A DNA stretch of 64,000 bases, taken from Parcubacteria group bacterium (GTDB taxonomy: Bacteria > Patescibacteriota > Minisyncoccia > Moranbacterales > UBA2206). The notes beneath the pieces were generated by a model. That model saw only the letters and a program-made list of their open reading frames with translations, did no database searches and was not told the DNA's origin. The stretch spans positions 137,148 to 201,147 of the forward strand of contig JBAZUU010000002.1 in assembly GCA_041661275.1 (NCBI GenBank), written 5' to 3'. Both the position numbers and the translations under genes were made by a program. Below, one piece after another: positions 27,171 through 37,348 of this stretch. The stretch's first letter is position 1. Each line of letters starts with the position of its first letter.

Positions 27171-29519
27171 TTAATTTTGCAATATTTTCTCACTGGAAAC
27201 AATTTTTACGAAATTATTCGGCCGGCCTCCGATTTCCAACTTATAATCATAAGAGTCTTGCGAATAAATATTATTCACTGCTTCTGACATTTTGTCTCCG
27301 GAAACTATCTTTCCGGCAGTCATTTTTGACGTTCTTGATTCCCGTCCCGAAGAGACGACGAAGAAGTCTATTTTTTCCGGCTGGCTGAAATCAAACCCGC
27401 TCGTGCAAGCTCCCGCGAAAAAAGAGCAAACACCTTTCTTGTCGGTCCATACGACCAAATTTTTTGCATCAGGCAATTTATTGAGATAATCAGCCGCTTC
27501 ATAGCTTCCGTCTCCCATATCTTTCAAATTCAAGACATATTGATTGGGCAGGAAGTCTGACGCGTAGCTGAAATAGAACGGTCTGATCGAATTAAGACTA
27601 TATATACTGATAATAAGAACGCCCAAATAGACAAAGCCGGGAATGAGGTATTTTTTGATCTGCTCGATGTTTATGAATTGGCTGATTCCGATGGCCGAAA
27701 GAATCATGGCCAAAGGATAAAGAATAATCTGGTATCTGACGGTAGCGCTTACGCCTTCGACCGTTGAAGCCAGATAATAAAAAAGGATAAAAAGTGTGAT
27801 ATAGGTGAACCAGATGGTTGCTTCTTTATTTTTTTTCCCGGGAAAAATATTGGACAGGCTGGAAAAAAACATTGCCAAAAAAGCGAGAGGCGTGAGGCCA
27901 AAAACCAGAGAATAGAAATTGGCCAGCATAAGACCTAAAAATCCTCCAAAATCTTTGGAAGATTTGGGAGAGGCCAGGATTGATTCCAAATCATAAAACT
28001 TCATTCCCGAATAAGTATTGATGATGGTCAGAATAATCAGGGCGGCGAATGACAGATTGAAAATTATGATAAACACCAGTCTGTATCTGGACAAAAAATC
28101 AGTGGCGGTTGATATAAATTTATTTTTGAAAATGAATATGTGCGCCATTATCAAACCGATGATTCCGAGGAAGGCCGGCCAAATAGAAATAAAAGCTTTG
28201 GACATAATGGTTCCTTCCAGGACCCTATTGATATCGACCCAGGCGGCCGGAAGAAGCAGAAAAAAAGTCATGAGAGATAAAAAGATCAGTATAAAATAGT
28301 CGGCAAAAGCTTTTTTAAAATAATTCGCGGCGCTTGAATTTTCGTATTTTGACCGGTTTATGACGTATTCAAGAAAAATAAGCCCGAAGAAGAAAACATA
28401 CATAATATTGGCCACGTATTTCGTGAGGACGGCCAGCCCTAAAAATATTCCCGTGAGATACAAATATCTATTTTCTTGATCTTTAAGATAGGCCAGATAG
28501 GCAAGAAGAGATAGCGGGGCGAATATCCAAAGAAGGCTGTCCGGATTGACGATGGTGGAAATGCCCAAAAGCAGGGGGGAAAGCCCGATCAAAACAAGAG
28601 AAACGAGCGCGACGGTTTTTCCCAGCAATTTTTTAATAAAGGAATAAAAAACCAAAAGCATCAGGCAATTGAAAAGAAGGATGGGAAACCGCAGATCAAA
28701 ATTAAGATTTCCTATGCCTATATATTCTCTCAGGGAATCTTCATTCCAACTTGCGCTTTTATAATATACCGGACTTATCCAATGCATGCCGACTCCTGAA
28801 ATTATGGCGGTGGTTATGCCCGGTTTGTCGCTGACCATAGTTTTCCAGAATTCTCCGTCGGCCACATTAGTCCAAAATTTAGGGATGCGGTCATGAGTCC
28901 AAAGCGGCTCATCAACAGCGGCAAATTCGGCCAAATGATAGCTTCCGAATCCCAAATTGACGATTATCACAGAAAGTATTATCAGTGTAGTCAGAGTTTT
29001 CCTCTTTTTGAGCCAAAGCGACATTTTTTCAAAAAAAGAAGGGCTTTTGGGCGCGGGCAGTTCTTTTCCGTTTTTTTCTTTTCCAAAATCTCTGAAAAAG
29101 TCTCCCGGTTTTTTATATTTTTTATATTTGAATAAAAAGTAAAAGCAAACCAATATGAGATATAGCCCTATAAAAGGGCGAAGTGTGTAGGTGAAAACGC
29201 TTTTGTCATAGCCAATCTTGTTGAAAACATATCCATAAAAAAGAACCAGCTCCATAGGAAGAAGAGTCAAAAATATTCTTTTTAGTAGGTAACTTGAACC
29301 GATCGGATTTCTAAGGATATAAACCAAAATGGCCATGGAACCAAAGATAGCGAAAAAATATATATAGCCGATTTTTCCTACACCTATCACTTGAAAAAAG
29401 TTGGCGCGATGAAGCTTTAGATACATATAGAGGAAAGTGTTTGCGGCAAAAACGAGAGAGATGAAAATCAGCAAGCAATTTTCCAGATTGAAGAATTTTT
29501 TAATCTTCGAATAATCCAT
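27171..29519 (-). CDS. Large polytopic membrane protein, GT-C-like (putative carrier-dependent glycosyltransferase)
   Basis: 782 aa, more than 12 TM helices, AVDEPLW acidic motif in the first periplasmic loop; no other family match. Confidence 0.55.
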   Translation of the reverse strand: MDYSKIKKFFNLENCLLIFISLVFAANTFLYMYLKLHRANFFQVIGVGKIGYIYFFAIFGSMAILVYILRNPIGSSYLLKRIFLTLLPMELVLFYGYVFNKIGYDKSVFTYTLRPFIGLYLILVCFYFLFKYKKYKKPGDFFRDFGKEKNGKELPAPKSPSFFEKMSLWLKKRKTLTTLIILSVIIVNLGFGSYHLAEFAAVDEPLWTHDRIPKFWTNVADGEFWKTMVSDKPGITTAIISGVGMHWISPVYYKSASWNEDSLREYIGIGNLNFDLRFPILLFNCLMLLVFYSFIKKLLGKTVALVSLVLIGLSPLLLGISTIVNPDSLLWIFAPLSLLAYLAYLKDQENRYLYLTGIFLGLAVLTKYVANIMYVFFFGLIFLEYVINRSKYENSSAANYFKKAFADYFILIFLSLMTFFLLLPAAWVDINRVLEGTIMSKAFISIWPAFLGIIGLIMAHIFIFKNKFISTATDFLSRYRLVFIIIFNLSFAALIILTIINTYSGMKFYDLESILASPKSSKDFGGFLGLMLANFYSLVFGLTPLAFLAMFFSSLSNIFPGKKNKEATIWFTYITLFILFYYLASTVEGVSATVRYQIILYPLAMILSAIGISQFINIEQIKKYLIPGFVYLGVLIISIYSLNSIRPFYFSYASDFLPNQYVLNLKDMGDGSYEAADYLNKLPDAKNLVVWTDKKGVCSFFAGACTSGFDFSQPEKIDFFVVSSGRESRTSKMTAGKIVSGDKMSEAVNNIYSQDSYDYKLEIGGRPNNFVKIVSSEKILQN

Positions 29520-29611
29520 AGTTTTAGTCCATTACGTTTAGTTATTGCTAAAATACTCAAAATACCCTAAAATTTAAAATAGCCTACAGAATATATTGTA
29601 CAGGCAAACTT

Positions 29612-31402
29612 ATGAAAAATAAAGCCTTGGGTTTCATCAGGCAAAATCGATTGCCTATCATTTTTCTAGCAATATTTCTTTTGGGCGCTTTTCTGCGCGC
29701 CTACCATTTCTCCGACTGGTTGCATTTTGAGCTGGATCAGTCGCGAGACGCTAAGGTCATCGACCTGGCTATAGTCGAAGGGCCGTCCAATTTGCCGCTT
29801 CTCGGACCCAAGGCGGCCGGAACATTTTTGCGCTTGGGACCGGCTTTTTATTATTTCAAATATTTAAGCGCTTTGGTTTTCGGCGATACTCCGGCGGGAG
29901 TGGCGATGATAGTTATGCTTTTTGGAGTTTTGGCTATCCCGATCTTCTATCTTTTCGCGAAAAGGTATTTTGGCAGTAAACTTTCGCTCGGTATTACTTT
30001 TATTTTTTCCGTTTCCCTGTATCTTGTGATGTATTCCCGTTTTTCCTGGAATCCCAATCCTTTGCCGCTCTTCACTTTGCTCACTTTCTATTCTCTTTTG
30101 AGAACGGTGGATAAAAATGAAAAAAGACAAGGTCTTTGGCTGATGGCCACGGCGTTGTTTTTAGCTATCGCCACCCAGATGCATTTTTTGGCTTTTGTGG
30201 CAGTGCCGGCCATAACATTTCTTTTTTTAGTCTATAAAAGGCCGCGGATAAAACTAAAGTATTGGCTTGGAGCGGTAGCGATAGCAGTCTTTTTGTATGT
30301 TCCGGCCATAATCAACGATATTGAAACCGGCGGTGATAATATTGGCCAATTTTTGGAAGTAGCCCAGGGTAAGTCGGGGAAAAGCGACCATGACCTGATA
30401 GAGAAGAGCATAAAAAGCTATAACGAAAATGCCTTGGGATACGCGACAGTAATATTCGGCCTGGAAAAAAGAGAACTTCCCCGGGTCATTTTTGAAAAAA
30501 GCAAATTGTTTAGTTCTATTTGTGATGATGGCTGTAAGAACGAATTAGGAGGGGGAATTTTTGCGCTTTTGTTTTTCACTCTGGGAATAATACTGCTTAT
30601 CATAAACATCAAAAAAGAAAAAGACCCTCAAAAAAAAGATTTTTTGGTTCTGACTTCTTTCTGGTTTTTTGTAGTTTTGGGACTTTATGTCCCTATATCT
30701 TATGACATTTCGCCCCGCTTTTTCCTCTTGGTGGCGGCCATTCCGTTTATTTTTTTGGGATTAATGCTGAAATCTCTGAAAAGTCTTATGAAAAACAAAA
30801 AAATAAACATGGTCATCGTATCGGTTGTAATTTTGGCGGTTGCCGGATATAATTTACAGAAAATAAAACAGCGCTTCTGGCAACTGGGAAATGCGTCTGG
30901 CGCGTCATTTAAAGTGGAAACAGACAGAATTCTCAAAGAAAAAACAAGAGTGACTCTGGAACAGCAGGAAAAAATAATCAGCTATGTATTATTCACCCAG
31001 AAAAAAAACGGTTTTCCGGTCTATCTCAATAGCGATCCGGAATACAGAAGATCGTTTCTATTCCATCTGGATCAGAATAATATCCCAAGAGACGATTTTC
31101 GCAACGCGACCAATAGCGGGAAAGTTTATGAACATGGGAATTATTTTTTGATCTATCCGACCCTTTCCAACTGGAAGAAAGATTTGAAAAAATATTCGGC
31201 CAATTTTGACCTGCAAAACCAAAAAGAATTCGGGACGCTAACTCTTTTTGAACTCAAGCCAAAGCCGGAAGCTATAAACGCGACAGAACAAGATTTTGCT
31301 CCAAAGGGAAAAGCAAAGAACCAATCCGGCACGCCGGTGAGATACAAATGGGAAGAGATTTTCAATGATAGCGCCAGCGATGAAAACGCCACGAATAATT
31401 AA
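29612..31402 (+). CDS. GT-C fold glycosyltransferase, PMT/ArnT-like, paralog 4
   Basis: AFLRAYHFSDWLHFELDQSRDA..NLPLLGP..LRLGPAFYY block. Confidence 0.8.
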   Translation: MKNKALGFIRQNRLPIIFLAIFLLGAFLRAYHFSDWLHFELDQSRDAKVIDLAIVEGPSNLPLLGPKAAGTFLRLGPAFYYFKYLSALVFGDTPAGVAMIVMLFGVLAIPIFYLFAKRYFGSKLSLGITFIFSVSLYLVMYSRFSWNPNPLPLFTLLTFYSLLRTVDKNEKRQGLWLMATALFLAIATQMHFLAFVAVPAITFLFLVYKRPRIKLKYWLGAVAIAVFLYVPAIINDIETGGDNIGQFLEVAQGKSGKSDHDLIEKSIKSYNENALGYATVIFGLEKRELPRVIFEKSKLFSSICDDGCKNELGGGIFALLFFTLGIILLIINIKKEKDPQKKDFLVLTSFWFFVVLGLYVPISYDISPRFFLLVAAIPFIFLGLMLKSLKSLMKNKKINMVIVSVVILAVAGYNLQKIKQRFWQLGNASGASFKVETDRILKEKTRVTLEQQEKIISYVLFTQKKNGFPVYLNSDPEYRRSFLFHLDQNNIPRDDFRNATNSGKVYEHGNYFLIYPTLSNWKKDLKKYSANFDLQNQKEFGTLTLFELKPKPEAINATEQDFAPKGKAKNQSGTPVRYKWEEIFNDSASDENATNN

Positions 31403-31415
31403 ATTTTTATAAAAT

Positions 31416-32948
31416 ATGAATTTAACAAAAAAGAATACGATATCAATACTGATAGCGATAGTATTAATCGGCGCTTTTCTTAGATTATATAATCTCGGCG
31501 CCACATCTTTTGTGGCTGATGAATTTTTGGACATCAACTCTTCCATGGCCTATGCCAAAACGGGGACATGGCAGAATTGGGATTTTAACTTCGGAAAAAT
31601 TAACACCGAGAATGAATTTGCCGCAAGAGATGAGCGAGCTTGGCCGTATAAATGGCAAGTAGCGCAAGTTTTGAAATTGTCCAAACCTGCGGAATCTACT
31701 GCTAGAACCGTGAGTGTCCTTTGGGGCATCATTTCCATAATTCTCATCTATTATGTCGCCACATATTTCACCAAAAAGAAAGAAATCGGACTCATAGCCG
31801 CCTTTCTTTTTGCTGTTTCTATGACGGGGATAATTTTTGATCGGCGACTGCGGATGTATTCCATGTTTTTTCCAATGTATTTGGCTTTTTCCTGGATGAC
31901 CTTCCGGTTTTTGGAAGAAGAATACAAGGGAAAAATAAAATTAGTAAAATTCTTCTATGACAAATGGAAAATCAATTTAATTTATGCGATCCCAGTCGTC
32001 GTTTTAGGAGCGATAAGCATTCTGACTCACCAGCTAACGGCTAATATTATTTTTGTTATTCTTTTTTATGCGGCTTTTCAACTCTATGGCGAGAAAAAGC
32101 GGTCCAGCCTGTATAATAAATATTTTCTGATTATTATTGCTCTAGTAGCCGGCTATATAGTCGCGGCTATATTTTTTTCCAAGAACTTGGCGGCCTATAC
32201 GGCTGGATTAGGAATGACTAATCACGCTACTTATATCATAAAAGTATTTGCCGATTATTCTCATTGGATTATTGCTGCTTTAATTTTAGGATATGGGATT
32301 TGGTGGTTATATAAAAAAGCTTCTTTACCCAAGGAATCTTTATGGTTGTCGGTATCTTTTTTGGGAGTATTGTTGTTGGCGTCTTTTTTTTGGAACAGGA
32401 ATGTTGGTGAACAATATATATTTTTTATAGAATCATTCGGAATAATTCTGATTGCTTCAGGGATTTATGCTACTTCTGAATTTTTTGGCCGGAATTTGAG
32501 TCAATATGGCAAACGCGCGCTATATGTGCCTATAATACTGGCACTTCTCATTCTTCCTAATTGGGCTTATTTTTTTGAAGATTCTAATACTTATAAACAA
32601 ACTTCCGATTCATCTTCTGCCAATTATAAAAAAATATTCTACTATTTTAATAAAGCTCGAAAGCCAGACGATGTCCTCATCACTCGCAATTTCCGCAATT
32701 TTTATTGGGCGGGAGATAAAGTAAGAGTTTATGATTTTGGCGGAGAACTTTCCAAAACTAAATTGTCTGTTGACGACATCAAAAAAATCCAATCTGAAAA
32801 TGTTTCCGGATGGCTTATTATTTCCGACAACGACACGGATTATATTGCCAACGACGCGATGGATTATGTTTCCAAAAATCTGGAAAAAGTAAGCAATACT
32901 TATGTTCGGGGGCAAGTAAGTGTGTATCGATGGGGGAATCAGCAGTAA
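31416..32948 (+). CDS. GT-C fold glycosyltransferase (ArnT/PMT_2-like)
   Basis: LIGAFLRLYNLG..FVADEF acidic loop motif; polytopic; 510 aa. Confidence 0.7.
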   Translation: MNLTKKNTISILIAIVLIGAFLRLYNLGATSFVADEFLDINSSMAYAKTGTWQNWDFNFGKINTENEFAARDERAWPYKWQVAQVLKLSKPAESTARTVSVLWGIISIILIYYVATYFTKKKEIGLIAAFLFAVSMTGIIFDRRLRMYSMFFPMYLAFSWMTFRFLEEEYKGKIKLVKFFYDKWKINLIYAIPVVVLGAISILTHQLTANIIFVILFYAAFQLYGEKKRSSLYNKYFLIIIALVAGYIVAAIFFSKNLAAYTAGLGMTNHATYIIKVFADYSHWIIAALILGYGIWWLYKKASLPKESLWLSVSFLGVLLLASFFWNRNVGEQYIFFIESFGIILIASGIYATSEFFGRNLSQYGKRALYVPIILALLILPNWAYFFEDSNTYKQTSDSSSANYKKIFYYFNKARKPDDVLITRNFRNFYWAGDKVRVYDFGGELSKTKLSVDDIKKIQSENVSGWLIISDNDTDYIANDAMDYVSKNLEKVSNTYVRGQVSVYRWGNQQ

Positions 32949-32957
32949 ATATTTTTT

Positions 32958-33569
32958 ATGCAGCACATATTCGATCTGGTTGCGTCAGCTTTTGTGGCTC
33001 TTGGGATATATAAATACGCCTTTCTTTTTGTGATGGCTTTGATTGAGGGCCCAATCATTATGACGGCTACCGGCTTTCTTCTTCATTTTGGCCAATTTGA
33101 TTTGCTCGGAGCCTATATGGCATTGACGCTCGGAGATCTGGCCGGGGATTTTTGCTGGTATGGTTTAGGATATATTGCCGGAAAAAGAATGGCTATAAAA
33201 TTCGGAAAATATTTTAGTCTTGATGAAAAAACAATAAACAGGATCGAAAAAATCTTTCACAGGCATCACGAAAAAATTATTTTCATATCAAAAATTACGA
33301 TGGGATTCGGATTTTCTCTGGCCACGCTCATTACTGCCGGAGTAGCCAGAGTTTCGCTCAAAAAATTCGGTTTCTATAATCTTTTGGGCGGTTTCATCTG
33401 GACTGGACTTATTATGGGATTGGGGTATGCTTTGGGAAGCGCGTACACGGTCATAAACGAGGGTTTTAGGGTGGTATTTGTCGTCGCCTCGATTATAACG
33501 ATTATGGCCGCGCTTTATGGCATACAAAGGTTTATCCGAGCTAAATTTTCTAATAACAATGGATTATGA
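32958..33569 (+). CDS. DedA/VTT-family membrane protein
   Basis: FVMALIEGPIIMTATGFLLHFG ... GDLAGDFCWYGLGYIAGKR matches the DedA consensus. Confidence 0.8.
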   Translation: MQHIFDLVASAFVALGIYKYAFLFVMALIEGPIIMTATGFLLHFGQFDLLGAYMALTLGDLAGDFCWYGLGYIAGKRMAIKFGKYFSLDEKTINRIEKIFHRHHEKIIFISKITMGFGFSLATLITAGVARVSLKKFGFYNLLGGFIWTGLIMGLGYALGSAYTVINEGFRVVFVVASIITIMAALYGIQRFIRAKFSNNNGL

Positions 33570-34291
33570 TATCAATTATCGTTCCCACACTCAATGAGGA
33601 AAAAATTATCGAAGACACTCTCAAAAATCTCAAAAAAATAACTGTTGTGCCAACGGAGCTCATAGTAACGGATGGAAAAAGTACGGACAGGACAGCAGAG
33701 ATTGCCAGAAAATATGCAGACGAGGTGATCGTGCATACCGGAGAAACCAGACAAAATATTCCGAAAGGAAAAAACGCGGGAGCAGCCGCAGCCCAGGGAA
33801 AATACCTGATGTTTTTTGACGCCGATTGTTCCATTCCCGATCCGAATGCTTTTGTGAAAAGAGTATTTGACGAATTTGAACGTAATGAAAAATTGCTGGG
33901 AGCCACCGCGAAATTGAAAATTCTCAAAGAAAATGAAACGCTGACTGACAAAATATTTTCCGCGCTATTCATCAATTGGCCGCACTATCTTTTTAACAAC
34001 ATATTAAGTCATGGCAGTTCCTCGGGGGAGTTCCAGTTTATAAGGCGCGAGTATTTTGAAAAACTCAATGGTTATGACGAAAACTTGTCACTCGGGGAAG
34101 ACAATGAATTCTTTTGGAGACTGGCGAAACTCGGTAAAACTAAGTTTTTTAATGATCTCACCGTTTTTCATACCGGTCGAAGATTCCACAGCGTAGGTTG
34201 GGCTAAAATTCTTTGGAAATGGACAGTCAATTTGGTTTATATGAAATTTTTCAAAAAATCCAATCATGAAGAATGGACGCCCATAAGATAA
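33566..34291 (+). CDS. GT2 glycosyltransferase
   Basis: ISIIVPTLNEE ... FFDADC (DxD). Confidence 0.85.
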   Translation: MISIIVPTLNEEKIIEDTLKNLKKITVVPTELIVTDGKSTDRTAEIARKYADEVIVHTGETRQNIPKGKNAGAAAAQGKYLMFFDADCSIPDPNAFVKRVFDEFERNEKLLGATAKLKILKENETLTDKIFSALFINWPHYLFNNILSHGSSSGEFQFIRREYFEKLNGYDENLSLGEDNEFFWRLAKLGKTKFFNDLTVFHTGRRFHSVGWAKILWKWTVNLVYMKFFKKSNHEEWTPIR

Positions 34292-34295
34292 TTAT

Positions 34296-35054
34296 ATGAA
34301 AATATCCTTTGTCATTCCGGCCTGGAATGAAGAAAAATATATAGCCCAATCTCTTGAATCGATAATAGAGCGGGCAAAATATACATCGCATGAGGTGGAG
34401 ATTATTGCTGTCAACAATGCCAGCGTGGATAAGACTCGAGATATAATCCTTCAGTATTCCGAGGTGATATTGGTAGATGAACCCAAAAAAGGCTTGCCGC
34501 AAGCCAGGCAGGCCGGGTTTTTGGCGTCTACTGGCGATATTATCGCCAATATGGATGCCGATTCAATTCTGCCTCCGAAATGGATCGGAAGAGCGGTATA
34601 TGAATTTTCGAAAGATGAAAAGCTGGTGGCACTTTCGGGGCCTTATAGATTTTATGATATGCCGGGAATTATTAATTTTTCGGCCAACATTTTTTATTTC
34701 CCTGGATATCTCATTCATCTTTTCAATCACCATATTCTAGGCAAAGGCGCTATGCTTCAAGGAGGGAACTTTGTGCTCAGACGCTCGGCACTGGAGTCAA
34801 TCGGCGGATTTGATGTCAATATAAAATTTTATGGGGAAGATACGGATATTGCCCGGCGTATTTCCAAAGCGGGAAAGGTTAAATTTTCTCACAATTTTAT
34901 CATGACTACTTCCGGAAGACGGCTAAAAAAAGAAGGATTGTTTACTACGTTGGGAAGATATGTCATCAATCATTTGTGGATACTGCTATTCAAAAAGCCT
35001 CTCACAAAAAACTATGCCTATGTAGGCGATGAAAAAGCGGAGAATAGAAAATAA
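34296..35054 (+). CDS. GT2 glycosyltransferase
   Basis: ISFVIPAWNEE ... MDADS (DxD). Confidence 0.85.
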   Translation: MKISFVIPAWNEEKYIAQSLESIIERAKYTSHEVEIIAVNNASVDKTRDIILQYSEVILVDEPKKGLPQARQAGFLASTGDIIANMDADSILPPKWIGRAVYEFSKDEKLVALSGPYRFYDMPGIINFSANIFYFPGYLIHLFNHHILGKGAMLQGGNFVLRRSALESIGGFDVNIKFYGEDTDIARRISKAGKVKFSHNFIMTTSGRRLKKEGLFTTLGRYVINHLWILLFKKPLTKNYAYVGDEKAENRK

Positions 35055-35062
35055 TATAATTT

Positions 35063-36595
35063 CTAGGCCGCCGGTTCATTACCGGAAAATTCTTCTTCGA
35101 TTTCTTCTGTTTTTTTACGGCTGACAAGTTTTTGGATGACAGCGATGTCATCCTTTTTGATTTCTTTCAAAAGATAAAGGATGAAAAGATATAGAGCGAA
35201 TAATATCGCTGACCAGAGGATAAAAATGAGCTCGCCGCGATTGAAAAGAAATGACGCGGCGTACATGATGGCGCCGGCAGCCGCCATTTTCAGAAAGCTT
35301 TTTATTTTTATCGTGACACCAAAATCCTTCCAAATATAGTAGAGCATAATAAAAGTGATAAATGCGGAAGTGATGGAGGTGGCGATGGCGGAACCGGTAA
35401 TGCCGTAACGTTTGATGAATATATAATTTAAGATCGTGTTTATAACAAGGCCAACGGATGACAAAACCATGGGAATTTTTACTTTTCCTGCGCCGCTCAT
35501 GACAAAACAGAAGACATAATAGATGGTCAAGAATCCGACGCCCCAGACCAAAATAGACATAGGGGTTGCCGCATCGATATAGATGTGGCTATAAAATAAT
35601 CTGATCAAGGGTCTTGCGAAGACACTCATTAGAATTACCGAGGGAATCAGAAGCATCAGCATCAATCTTAGGGATTGCTCAATAATTTTGGAGGTTTCTT
35701 TGTGGTTGTTTTCTGATGTTGTTTTGGAAACAACAGGAAGAAGAACCACGGTGAGAGCGTAGAAAATATAATAGGGGATGCGGCCGATAGTGAGTGAAGC
35801 ATTATATATTCCTGTTAGATAGTCATCGCGCAGGATTCCTTTAACTAAATACAGATCGATACTGATAAGAAGTTCATAGGCTAAAAAGAATATGACAATC
35901 TGCCAGGCGTAGTTAACTAGTTTTCGCCAGTCAAATGTCGGCTCCGGTAGAGATGCAAAATTTTGCGTCTCTACGTTTGCCTGTAATTTTTTTGAGATTT
36001 TAAATTTATCAATGCCGACAGCGACAAGGAAGACCAAAAAAGCAGCGGCGGAATACCCCATTACTGATCCGGGAACGCGGAAAAAATATGCCAGGCCGAT
36101 TATGGTAATAATTTTAAAGATAGAGCGTAGTGTTTTCAGGACGGACTGGATATTGAACTCGTGAAGTCCGGTGTAATAGGAGAAATAGAACGAAGCGGCG
36201 GCAAAGGCCGGAATGATAAGTGAGGAGAGCTGGAATAGGGGAGTGAGCGTTGGATCGTTCAAAATTCTGGCGATGAGCGGCGCGGACAGGAAAAAGATGA
36301 CAGTTATTGCGCCGATGACGATGCTTTGAAGAATAATAGCTTGCCTTTTAATGACGCCAACCAATCTTGGATTACATTCAAAACATTCACTCAAATATTT
36401 ACTCATGGCGGTCGGAATGCCATTGCCAATCAGGATGATGACCATTGTTGTCATGGTGATAACGAGGCCATACCGTCCATAATCAGAGGGACCCAACATC
36501 CGTCCGACGACAGAGTGGATAACAAAACCGGAGACATTGAAAATTATCTCCGAAACCGTAACCCAGAATGTTGATTTAGCGAGACTAGGCGACAT
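35063..36595 (-). CDS. Polysaccharide/oligosaccharide flippase (MOP superfamily, Wzx-like)
   Basis: 510 aa, ~14 TM helices, characteristic N-terminal half. Confidence 0.75.
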   Translation of the reverse strand: MSPSLAKSTFWVTVSEIIFNVSGFVIHSVVGRMLGPSDYGRYGLVITMTTMVIILIGNGIPTAMSKYLSECFECNPRLVGVIKRQAIILQSIVIGAITVIFFLSAPLIARILNDPTLTPLFQLSSLIIPAFAAASFYFSYYTGLHEFNIQSVLKTLRSIFKIITIIGLAYFFRVPGSVMGYSAAAFLVFLVAVGIDKFKISKKLQANVETQNFASLPEPTFDWRKLVNYAWQIVIFFLAYELLISIDLYLVKGILRDDYLTGIYNASLTIGRIPYYIFYALTVVLLPVVSKTTSENNHKETSKIIEQSLRLMLMLLIPSVILMSVFARPLIRLFYSHIYIDAATPMSILVWGVGFLTIYYVFCFVMSGAGKVKIPMVLSSVGLVINTILNYIFIKRYGITGSAIATSITSAFITFIMLYYIWKDFGVTIKIKSFLKMAAAGAIMYAASFLFNRGELIFILWSAILFALYLFILYLLKEIKKDDIAVIQKLVSRKKTEEIEEEFSGNEPAA

Positions 36596-37154
36596 AATTT
36601 TTTATCTCTTCAAAAATAACATCTTTATTTCTGTTCCCGTTGATCATCTTCCAATTCCAATCAGTTATTTTTTCATCGTATAGTTTCTTTTTCTTTTTCA
36701 AATATTCCATTCCCTGATCAGGGGTTCTCTCGCGTTGCATTATCATCTTGGGAGAAATTTGGAGATAAATGGATAGATCTGGTTTAGGAATAGCCCTGTT
36801 ATTATGATAGTCATCTGATAGAAATTCGATATTAACAACAGTGTCATAAAAATAGCGGTCTGATACTAGATAGTCATAGCCTTCCGATTCTAGTCTTTTT
36901 AGCAATGTCTTAAAACGTCCAATATCAATTTTCAGAAACAATTTTCGTAGTTGAATGGAAATTGTTCCGGCTCTAGCGACACTTTTTGGTGCGTCTTCTT
37001 TTTTGGCAGTTTTGGCAATCTTATTAGCCATACTAAACTCCACTGCGTGGAAATAAAAAACTTTCTTGCCTTGGGACTCAAGATAATTCTTTAGTAGTTC
37101 TATTTGAGTTGATTTTCCCGAGCCATCGAGGCCGGAAATGGTGATGATTTTCAT
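36585..37154 (-). CDS. tmk: Thymidylate kinase-like P-loop kinase
   Basis: ITISGLDGSGKSTQ P-loop, VSDRYFYD (DRY) motif, and PDLSIYLQISP resembling the Tmk PDLT.YLD region. Confidence 0.55.
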   Translation of the reverse strand: MKIITISGLDGSGKSTQIELLKNYLESQGKKVFYFHAVEFSMANKIAKTAKKEDAPKSVARAGTISIQLRKLFLKIDIGRFKTLLKRLESEGYDYLVSDRYFYDTVVNIEFLSDDYHNNRAIPKPDLSIYLQISPKMIMQRERTPDQGMEYLKKKKKLYDEKITDWNWKMINGNRNKDVIFEEIKNYVA

Positions 37155-37172
37155 GATTTATAGCGATTCCTT

Positions 37173-37239
37173 CCTCTCCCTTCGAGAGAGGATGTCAGCC
37201 AGAATTTTAAGAAAAATTCAGGCTGACAGGGGAGGGCTC
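37173..37239. repeat. MITE/REP-like element family 2, type A (CCTCTCCC-TTCG-AGAGAGG + GTCAGCC..GGCTGAC + GGGAGGG)
   Basis: Nested hairpins; near-identical to 57848-57913 and related to 62425-62481. Confidence 0.6.
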
Positions 37240-37285
37240 TTAATTAAATTCACTAAAATATATATTTTTTCCGTTTTCTATAGTA

Positions 37286-37340
37286 CTCTCTCTGTCACTA
37301 TAAGAATCGTGACATCTCTCCCAAAGGGAGAGAGGGACAC
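37286..37340. repeat. MITE/REP-like element family 2, type B
   Basis: CTCTCTC-TGTCAC..GTGACA-TCTCTCCC-AAAG-GGAGAGAGGG; same architecture as 62525-62573 and 41760-41808. Confidence 0.55.
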
Positions 37341-37348
37341 TTTAAATC